Origin: the human T2T-CHM13v2.0 reference genome, Homo sapiens
Strand: one strand, 5' to 3'
Length of the DNA stretch: 64,000 nucleotides
Assembly: GCF_009914755.1 (NCBI RefSeq)
Contig: NC_060931.1
Below, piece by piece: positions 54,489-64,000 of the stretch. The translations under genes were made by a program, and so were the position numbers. The notes below the pieces were generated by a model. That model did no database searches. It saw nothing but the letters and a program-made list of their open reading frames with translations, and was not told where the DNA came from. Numbering within the stretch: the stretch's first letter is position 1; every line of letters begins with the position of its first letter.

Positions 54489-57384
54489 TCATGGACTGGA
54501 GACATTGGTGAAACAGGGGCAGGACCCTGCAGTTACCTTTCCAGCTGGGAATTTGACATAACTAAGCCTTCCAGGACTGTATCCCTCACAGGGAGAAGCA
54601 ATCAGACTTGCTGCATATATTTAAACATTCATTATCAAAATAAACCTGCTGCATGTAAATAGCTTTAACCCAATGGAAGTTATTTGTTTCTCACAGGAGG
54701 GCATTAAAACAGAGATCTGTTTTAAAACAGAGAGTTAACACCAACTCAGGGCTTTGCCAAGGAAATTTAAACAACAAAGTTTGGATGTAAGAAAATGCTT
54801 GGCTGTGCTCACCCTTGCCAATACTTACTTCCCTCTCATTTTGTATCTTTGTATTTATCATCTCTCTCCCCATCTTTCTCCCTGCTCCGCCCCCACCACC
54901 ATTATCTATGTCTTGCATGCTGTTGCTGCCTCACAGGTTTCCATCAAAAAAGTCAATGCTTGACTCTTGGTGCACGTGTTACTTCCAGTTAAGTAAATAT
55001 TGGTGCATTTGCCTTTGCCCTTTATTCAAAAATGGTCAGATTTTTTTAGAAGCATGGCAGATTGGGAGACAGAATAGGGGGCAGGTTTTTCTGTCAATCC
55101 TATTTTCTAAAATAAATGCTGATATTTCTTTATTCCTCTACCCTCCTTCCTGTTTTTGCCTTCTAAGTCCTCTCTGCATGTGTGTGGGGGTGGGTAGAGG
55201 GGACTGGATTATAGAGATGGATCAGTGTGCTTTCTTGCTCTATGGCTGGACCATTTGGTTCAGACACAGGCAGGGCTGTGGGAGAGAGAAGAGGGGGTTT
55301 ACTTTCCTGCCCCCAAGCCTCGATTCCTGGTTCTAGGGGCATCCCCTGTCTCCATAGCTTCAGGCTTGGTAAGTGTCCCCTTTACGGCCCCAGCTCTTCC
55401 AGGATGCCCTGGTTCCTCTTCATGTCCCATTGAGCCTAGGAAGGGCCCCCCGCTTCTCATTGCTAATAGTTGCTGGGTGCTTCAACATCCTTGTGCCTAT
55501 CCCCTATTGGAAATTCTCTCCAGAATTCCACTTGAACAGACCTCTTTTTCCAGCTGGGTCCTGACTGATATTGTAAATCTATTGTAAATCTAAATAGATT
55601 TACAGCTATTATAATCTATTTAAATAAAATGTTGATATAAAACATTACTATTTTGAGAAAAACCCACAGTTTAAAGGAAAAAACATGAAGATACAATTCA
55701 GATACCATGTTTTCCTTAATCATCTTAAATTATCACCTCCATGAACCCTATTGTTCTTCCAGCTTCACAGGTGTCACTTCTATAAAATCACTCTTAGTTT
55801 TTTGATTTCAGGTTAGAAATCCTTCTCAAAGGATCTCTTTGACCCACAGGCATCTCAGCTTCAGAGTCAGCCAAGGAGAAAGACACACACCTGTAACAGT
55901 AGAAAGGGCAATTGGGGAAGGAGTCGGGGGTGGGGAGCAACAAAATTCCACCTCGGGGAAGACATCACTGAGCAGCTGGCATTGTGAACGTCCTTGCAGG
56001 ATGCCTAGGACGAGGGTGACAAGCAGCAGGTGTCTTTTACTTGTGACGATCTCAGCCCTCGTGCAACTGGAGAAAAGGCAGGTAGAGTGCAGGGTATTTG
56101 GGGAACATGAGTCGTTTTGTGAAATTGGAGCTGGGTGGGAGGGTGGGGGCAGCAGACCGGCAGGTCGGGGAGGCTGAGGTCACCCCTCTTCATCGCCCAA
56201 ACTCATAGCCTGCTATTAAGGCAATTTTCCAAAGGTTCTATTTCCGCCTTCTTTGAGAATGCCATTTACTCTTCCTTTCTTACTGAATGGGGTAAGAAAT
56301 GTCCTCTTTCTGTCAGTGTGAAAGCTGCTATTAAGAAAAAAATGATCTGAAGGAAATGATTTTCACCTTTTATGTGGAAGCAAAAGCATCAAGGTACAAT
56401 TTAGGTATTTACCATACAAAATCTACAATTTAGAAAAGATAAATTTTGACCTTATTTTAATTCTTTGTCTTTTAAATTGTAGAGTTTGGATTACTCCTAA
56501 AAATGTAAATGATGATTCCACTAAGTTAGACCCATTCTGCCTTTCAGCACATGCTCCTGCTTGAGTTTCAACATTAAATTCTCATGCATCTATTTGCTTG
56601 AGGGTTGGAATAGATTTTAGGAAGAACATTTGAAGGCTCAAAAATGATTACATTGCAATCTCTTTGTCTTCTGGCCTCCTCTGTTTATCTCATTTCTCCC
56701 TTCCCTTCCTTGCTTGTTTTCAGGTTCCTTTATTGCTTCTCTTCTACAAATCCTCACCCTTCCACACACTTTCACCCCCAAGTGGGGCACCTGTCCTATG
56801 GGGCCCCCAGGAATGGAAAGACTTGAGCCCAGTGCCCCCACTTGGCTTCACCAGCCTTCCCTAAGTGGGCCCTTGGCCAGGGATTTTCCTGGGATTATGG
56901 TGGCACTGGAAATAGAAAAATGGGTGACATAAGGGAAGATGCTATTGGTGACAGGGCCTGAGCACTGAGTGAAGAGATGGGAGAGATTTACAGTTGACTC
57001 TGAGTTTGTAAGCCTGAGAAATGGGAGCATGGAGGATCATTTGAGAGAAGGAGAGATGAGAAGGATGAGGAGAGAATGCAAGAGGATGGGAGGATGTTTG
57101 GAAAAACATTGTGATAAAATGCATATGCTCATGGAGAATGGCATGATGGTTGTCCTATTAGCTTGAGTCACCTGCATGTCTTGTGAGAATGAAGGGGGCA
57201 GCAGAAAAAGGGAGCCATCCAGGCTTGATTCCTGGGACCTGTGGGGAAGCCCAGTGGGGGTGCTGATGACATTAAAGTTTTAGTCCCTAGACAACAGAGG
57301 ATGGTAGGAAATTGGTGAACATAGGCTTTGTTCCAGAAATTATTCTAGAAAAGTTGATGTAAATGCAAACTTTGATAATGGTAC

Positions 57385-57746
57385 TGTATTAGTTTGTTCT
57401 CACGCTGCTATTAAAGACATACCCAAGCCTAGGTAATTTATAAAGGAAAGAGGTTTTCTTATTTTCACAGTTCAGCATGGCTGAGGAGGCTTCAGGAAAC
57501 TAACAGTCATGGCAGAAGGGGAAGCAAACACGTCCTTCTTCACATAGAGGCAGCAAGGAGAAGTGGTGAGCAAAAGTGGGAAAAGTTCCTCATGAGAGCT
57601 CACTCACTGTCAGGAGATCAGCAGCATGGGGGTAACCACCCTCAGGATTCAATTACCTCCCACTGGGTCCCTCCCACAACACGTGGGGATTATGGGAACT
57701 ACAATTCAAGGTGAGATTTGGGTGGCGACACAGCCAGACCATATCA
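57385..57746 (-). mobile_element. THE1-type MaLR solo LTR
   Basis: 'tgtattagtttgttctcacgctgcta...cagccagaccatatca'; perfect TSD GGTAC. Confidence 0.93.
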
Positions 57747-58040
57747 GGTACCATGTGAACTATGAGAGTTCTATTTTACAAAGGAGAAAACTGATGCTTA
57801 TAAGTAACTTGCCCAATATCACATGGCTATCAAGTGTTAGAACTAGAATTTGAAAATAAATATGACTAACTGACAAGTTTCTGCCCTTTTAAAGAAGCTA
57901 TGTTCCTTATCTGGGAGGTCCTGGGCACTTGGTTGGAGACAGATAGGGCCTCTTGGCATGGGTAGGCATGAGGCTTTGTCACTTTGCACCTCCTGTCCCC
58001 ACACCAACCCACCCTCCACCAGGAGCAGCAGCAGCACCAA

Positions 58041-58458
58041 TGTTGTAGTGTGACAGGTCCCCACCAGGCTGCTTAAGGGCATTTGTCCGTATGTCCATGG
58101 CTTGGACCCTGAAGGCCAGGTGGTGAGCCAAGGCCATGGTACCCAGACAAGGAGCAGGTGTTCATTCCTGAGAACTCAAACATACTGAAGTGTACCTGGT
58201 AACATACCAAGAAAAATAGTCCTATCACACACACACACACACACGGCAAAGAGCCAGAAAATTAGCTTAAAAGCAACTTAAAGACAGCAGGCAGTGGGGA
58301 TCTCTAGAGCTGTCTTGCTGCCACCCAGGAGAGCCCTGGATGTAGGTCCCAATAAACTCATTTACTTATCAAGCTGGACTTGATGGAGTCATTCTTTGGT
58401 CTCTTGGCTCCTTCCCAGTTTGCAGGGGATGTTACCATCCCAAGTTCTTCCTGTAACA
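58041..58458 (+). mobile_element. ERVL solo LTR (LTR32-like) with internal (CA)n
   Basis: TG...CA ends; 'ccctgaaggccaggtggtgagccaaggccatggt', 'gagccagaaaattagcttaaaagc'; aataaa. Confidence 0.7.
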
Positions 58459-59029
58459 AATATGCATTCAGAATGGCTCTCTGAATGGCATGTGACTATG
58501 CAATTTATACAAGCTGGGGAGTTAGCCATGAAGAGACCAAGTGGTACATTTCTTTAATGAAATCACACACGACTAGGATCAGTGTTATATGCTAGCTCTG
58601 GTTCTCTCTGAATGATGTCCAAGGACTCTGCCTGAACTTGTTAGTGAAAGATGAGCCAAAGACAGGGAGGGAATGAGTCAGGGAGCGTACATCCACTTCC
58701 CACAAGGCTTCCATCAATGGCACCATGCATGGGACTGTAAGATTGAGCCAACTTGCTGAGATAAAAAATAACTTCATCGTGATCCCTTAGGAGACAGAAC
58801 TAAAAATAGAGATGCCCTCTGTGGCTTGAATGAGAAGTGCCTGGAGAAGGAAAGGCACCAGCATGCCTGGTGGGGGTTGCTTCTCTGTGCATCTTCATGT
58901 AAAACATCAGGGGCTTCCAGTTTTCTGACCCTTTAAGGAGTTTTTTGACCCTTACTCTCACAAGGTAGGTGGTATTTTTTTGTTTTGTTTTACAAATGTG
59001 GAAACAGAGGCAGAATTGTTACATGGTTA

Positions 59030-60101
59030 TGTTAGAGTAGGTAGGTAGGCAGGCATAAGCAGGGCAGAAGAGGGCCCCCCTCCAACCCAGGAATGTCAGG
59101 CGAACATCAGGTGATGGGTCAGGTGGTTGTTAAATTGTCTCTCTAAAATAATAATTGGTCTCAGCCAGTGTCAGGGAAAGGCAGCCTCACAATAGATAGA
59201 AAACACCTGAAGCTGATGATCAACAGCTTCCCAATAAGATCTCAGGAGTTGGGTGGATGGGCTCAAGCATGTGCACTAAGAGGCAAAATGATGGAGTTTG
59301 ATGGTGTATTACCTTTATCTAGGAACACTTGACTGGTAAGGGAAGAACACCTCTAGTGAGCATGTGAACAACTTTGGTAAACACACTGTGCATGCAGCCC
59401 CTCCAAAGTGCTGGCAGGCCACTGTGCATGTGGAGAGCCCACCCCAGTGGAAGAATCAGGGGAGAAAAGATGTTGATATGGTTAGGCTTTGTGTCCCCAC
59501 CCAAATCTCATCTGGAATTGTAATCCCCATAATCTCCACATTTCAAGGAGAGACCTGGTAGGAGGTGATTGGATCATGGGAGTAGAGTCCCCCATGCTGT
59601 TCTGGTGATTGTGAGTAGTTCTCATGAGAGCTGATGGTTTTATAAGTGTTTGACAGTTCCTCCTTCATACACTCACTCTCTCTTGCCTGCCACCATGTAA
59701 GACATGCCTCTTCAATTTCTACCTTGATTGTAAGTTTCCTGAGGCCTCCTCAGCTATGTGGAATGGTGAGTCAATTAAACCTCTTTTCCTTATAAATTAC
59801 CCAATGTTGGGCAGTTCTTTATAGCAGTGTGAGAATGGACTAATACACATGTCAATGTATAAAACCCCAAGTCAAAGGTCAAACAGCACACTTGAATCTC
59901 TCAAGTCACCCGCTTGGCCCTCTTCCAAGTATACTTTACTTTCTTTCTTTCCTGCTCTAAAACTTTTTAATAAACTTGCACTTCTGCTCTATAACTTTCC
60001 TTGGTCTCTCACTCTGCCTTATGTCCCCTGGTCAAATTCTTTCTTCTGAGGAGGTAAGAACTGAGTTGCTGCAGACCTGTATGGATTCACCATTGCTAAC
60101 A
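59030..60101 (+). mobile_element. MER50 (ERV1) 5' LTR interrupted by a MaLR LTR
   Basis: 'tgttagagtaggtag...gcagggcagaagagggcccc...ctctctaaaataataattggtc'; aataaa; ends 'gctaaca'. Confidence 0.85.
59474..59847 (+). mobile_element. THE1D/MSTA-type solo LTR nested in MER50
   Basis: 'tgatatggttaggctttgtgtccccacccaaatc...ggactaataca'; TSD gatgt/catgt. Confidence 0.9.
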
Positions 60102-60106
60102 TACTT

Positions 60107-60124
60107 TGATGCCATGACTCAGAT
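60107..60124 (+). promoter_or_regulatory. Primer-binding site, tRNA-His type (decayed)
   Basis: TGATGCCATGACTCAGAT vs TGGTGCCGTGACTCGGAT; three G>A changes, two at CpG. Confidence 0.75.
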
Positions 60125-61717
60125 GCATTCCCTATTGGGAAGACATCTCCATACCTCACCTGCTTTGGATGGATGCATTCAACCCCCTTTCGTGGGTTCC
60201 CTCTCCCCTTTCACTCTCCTGCTTACTAACCAACCCCCAAAATGATTCCTCTTGGCCACAGTGGTTCTGCTCCCCCTGACTGATCTCTCAGCTCACTCTG
60301 ATGGGTGGCCTACTGGGTGGGGAAGGACCTTGGAGTCTGCACTGAGTAGACCTGAGACACTAATGGCCCTCCTGGACAGGAGACTCACGAGAGTGGTAGG
60401 GTTAAAGCTTAAGACATGCAATGTCTGGGGTTTCCTCTGCCCTTTCAACTAAAATCAGCTCTTTTCCAAGACCCTGCACCATCTACTCTCCTGTTTTCTC
60501 TGTGTGTGTTCTGAAATGGCCTTGTGCATCCATGGGACCATTTGCTTGCAGGAGGCAAGTCTGCCTTTTCTCTGCTTTCAATTCACATGCTGTGTGACTT
60601 CCTTCTTTGCCCTAAACACACTCCCTGTTATTCACGCATCCATGGCTCTTGCTATGTTTGCATAGCAGCAAAAAAAATGGGCTCCCTAGTGGATGTCTGT
60701 TGGCTCACTGCTGGGACAGACTCTAATTGGAACCCCAGCTCTGCCAACTCCTTATGACTTATCATACACTTTGCTTGTCATCTGTGTTACACTGCTGGGC
60801 CTAGCTTTTGAAGCAGTTTGTCCACCTGCATTTGTCCTCATTCTGTGGCCCTTTAAGGATCCCTACTTGATTTTTTTGAGTTAGCATCCCTTTGGGAAGA
60901 GGGAAAATTCTTCCTTTGCCGTTTGTGATCCCTTATCGCAGGCCCCATCTCCTCCAGATGTTCTTCCTTTATGTCAAGAGGGCAAATAAACATTGCCCTC
61001 TCAAATCCAAGGGCTGCTGCTTTTGCGAGCACATGAAGGCTTTCCATGAGTATTCCTCACACTTCTTCCCACTTCCTCCTGTAGCAGAGGGATTGTCCTG
61101 TCTGCTTAAGCATGTGTTCTGTATGTTACCCCTGGAGGATGAGGAAGCCTAAATACAAATTTTCCTCTATTCCTCTAATCACTTCCATGCCCTCAATACA
61201 CATCAAGGCCTTCAAGGCAATATTAGAAGGGAGGGAAGTCCAGCAGTAGCTGGCCAAAAAACAGGGTTCTTGTGTACTTAAGGAACATGGGAAATGAGAA
61301 TCATCATTTTGTTGCTAGACTGCTCTGAGTGAGAGTCACTATAAGGTCATGGAGACAAAGATATAGGCCAGCCCATGGCCACAGGCACAAGAGAACCACA
61401 GGACAAAGATGAAGGCTGGTCCTAGGCTAACAGATTACCATTAGAACAGAGAGGAAGGTTGGGGTACATGGTTAGACCAGTTCATTCCAGTACCTCAAGG
61501 ATGAATGGGGTGCCCCTGTTGACTCTGGTATCTCCTCTGTTCTCAAGTGGGTAATTTTGATGAGATGAGGCCAAGGTTAAGGTTACATAGTAAGACTGGT
61601 TCATTCTGGAACCCTAAGGATGAATGGTGGATGCCCTGTCCAGGAAAGGATAATAGAGAAATAAGAAGGGATGCCTTCTTTTTTCTTATTTTTTTCTCCT
61701 CTGTCCTCTCTTTGCAG

Positions 61718-62200
61718 ATGGGTAATTGTGTCCATAAACCACAGGATATGCCCTTTGGATGCATCCCCAAGAAATCTGGGGAAAAGTTTGATCCCCCAAA
61801 CCTTAAAACAAACAAAAAACTATTTTTCCCTTGTAATACTGTTTGGCCTAAAAATGAACTGGGAGAAAACTATAAGAATCAGCTTCAGAACCCAGTGTCC
61901 CTGTGCAGGAAATCCTCAAATTAGCCTCCTTAGTCATTTATAAACCATATGGGGACAAGAACAGGGCTAGGGAGAAAAGAGAAACATGGGGACCAGAGGC
62001 AGTCTCAACTATTGGCTGCTTTATAAGCTCTTCAGTCCCTTCCAGGTTGCTCTAAGGACTCTCCTCCAAGTAACTACCATCAGTGCAGGAATCCAGGCCA
62101 CTGAATTGCAAATTGCACTAATGGGATAAATGGGAAAAAGCCCCACACAGCTTTCCCCCTCTGCCACAAGGTTGGCCACTGGAAATGGGACTGCCCTGAG
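61718..62200 (+). pseudogene. Degenerate ERV1 gag remnant (N-terminus + two zinc knuckles)
   Basis: MGNCVHKPQDMPFGCIPK...KFDPPNLK..KLFFPCNTVWP (HERV-H/W-like); YHQCRNPGH*IANC and FPLCHKVGHWKWDCP are degenerate CCHC motifs. Confidence 0.8.
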
Positions 62201-62681
62201 ATTCAAAGGGCCCCCAGGACAGAATCCCAAACCCTGATGGCTCTGAGCTGAAAGGGCTTTGTGCTCCAGCTGGCTTCCAAATTAGACATTGTAATCTACA
62301 AGACAAGGGCAAGGGCAACTTTGGAGGCAGCAAATAAAATTATAAATTTCCCTTTGGGGTTCAAAAGCTCCCTACTCTGTGCTAATCTCCTTCTCTTAGC
62401 AACTCTCCTTCAAATACTGTTGGGTAATTGGGGCAAATGGCACCCCCTCCCTCCAAAAGAAAAGATTAACACTCCTTTATATTACTCAAGGGATCAAATT
62501 CCATTCTCCTACCAGTCTCTGGTAATGTTGAAATACCCTACATCTCTTTGGAGCAAAAATATACTTTCCAAGATGGATGCCTGTGTAACATTTACCCAAC
62601 CTCTGATCATTTTCTCTCTAATAGCTCTATTTCTCCTGGGAAAGTTACCTAAATCTTTAACCAATAACTTTAACCTAGGAA

Positions 62682-62809
62682 GTCCTACCTCAGGGGTTTA
62701 GAAATAGCCCATACTTATTCAGATAAGCCCTAGCAAAAGTCTAGCCAAGCAATCTTTTGTTGGGGGCTATCTTCTACAGCATATAGATAACCTCCTCATC
62801 TGTTCCCCC
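62682..62809 (+). pseudogene. ERV1 reverse transcriptase core fragment
   Basis: VLPQGFRNSPYLFR*ALAK and LLQHIDNLLICSP (degenerate LPQG and YxDD motifs). Confidence 0.8.
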
Positions 62810-64000
62810 TTCACAGGGCTTGCACAGCAACATGCAGTACAAACCTTAACTTCCTAATGGAAGGAAAATGACTTTTGTTTAATTCAAACATTTTTAAGGT
62901 AAATAGATGTTTTTGGTAAGAAAAGTTATAAAGAAAAGATATTTTATATGAGAAAGGATCTTGTTTGGTAAATTCTTGTGCTAAAGTAAAATTACTGATT
63001 GTTTAAAAGAGGGATATTTAGGACAAGTCAGAAAGTTCAAGCATGTCATAGATGCTCTGTGTAAGTTGTGAAAAGGTTCGTGAAAGGGAATTAATAAAAG
63101 AAATGTTACACAATTTTAAAGGTTATTAAACCTATTAAATGCTTCATAAACTGCTACCATAACTCTTAACTGTACAACTTGCCTGCTTTAAAGCTGTTAA
63201 ATTCTGAGTAAGGCCTGGGGACATACAGAGTTAGCCGTGTACCCTAGCTATGCTGGAAAGAGTCAAACCTGATCTTCACTTCTATCTCGTGTTCTAGGCT
63301 CCAAAGCTAATACATAATTAGAATGGCTTACTTATGAGGTTTTTCACCAAAAGTAAAAGTAGTTAAGAGACAACAGTGTAACATGTACTTGAGACTACTG
63401 GAAAAACAGTTTTACATGCAGGATGTGTAAGGAAAGTAAAATGTGCTTTTGGTAAAATATTATATGAAGGCATGGGAATGTGGATTTTTGGCCTAGTGTA
63501 GAGGGTTAAAGGATTGTTTGAAGTTAGAAAGCATAAAACTGAAGGTTTAAGCAAGTTCTGGAAGGTTTGTGAAAGATTAATCTTGTAAAAGAAATTCTGT
63601 ATAGGCATATATTGGCTACAATTAAAGGCGTATTATTCAGTTTAATAAAATAAAAGCAAAGCACAGTTTTCTTAAAGCACTGCTGTGTTTTTTAACAGAA
63701 AATTGTAAAGGGTTATAAAAAGTTAATGAAAATCTTACCTTATGGTCAAACTGATTAACATTAGATAAATTTTTCTATAAGGTTTTATTAAGAATTGCAT
63801 TTGACATCAATAGTACACTAAGGCAAAGGTAAAATTTGGCTTTACTTGGACTGTATTTGCATAAATGTGTTATTGCAGTGTGTTTCAAAATTATGCAAAA
63901 CTCCTATAATTCTAGTTTGACTTAGTATACAGTAATAATTATAATTGTCATGTTAAATTATTGTGTGCCACAGAGGTAACAAATTTCCTTGTCAATTGTG

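Larger units (their letters stand above)
60102..64000 (+). mobile_element. MER50-int / MER4-group ERV1 internal region, continuing past the window end
   Basis: Follows LTR and PBS; gag, pro and RT remnants, then an AT-rich internal region. Confidence 0.8.

Noticed and set aside
54815-55336. Longest ORF (173 aa)
   Set aside because: Low-complexity L/F/C/P-rich peptide from pyrimidine-rich DNA; no recognisable domain or homology.

Overview
Primate genomic DNA, most likely human: it carries a near-intact AluYa5-like element. The window is intergenic or intronic and dominated by transposable elements. These include about 12 Alus, several MIR and L2 fragments, L1 fragments from L1PA to L1ME age, MaLR LTRs (MST, THE1, MLT1) including one complete LTR-int-LTR MST provirus, MLT2, LTR32-like and LTR33-like ERVL LTRs, a degenerate ERVL pol region, a near full-length Tigger1, a MER1A, and a MER50 (ERV1) LTR plus internal region that runs off the window end. 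No intact protein-coding gene, RNA gene or CRISPR array is supported. The supplied ORFs are chance ORFs or degenerate TE coding remnants. The most notable structure is a local inverted duplication of about 370 bp of old L1 sequence (12869-14216). Its right arm holds a later AluY and abuts an internally inverted Alu, suggesting one complex template-switch rearrangement. Other observations: a TE-poor candidate regulatory region at about 49.8-52.5 kb with a strong CTCF motif and splice-site-bounded candidate exons, a candidate minus-strand spliced ncRNA (5.3-11.9 kb), a recent 55-bp tandem duplication and several junctional hairpins. Repeat subfamily names come from recall of consensus sequences and were not computed. 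I cannot identify the locus, and I found no evidence of a new biological system.
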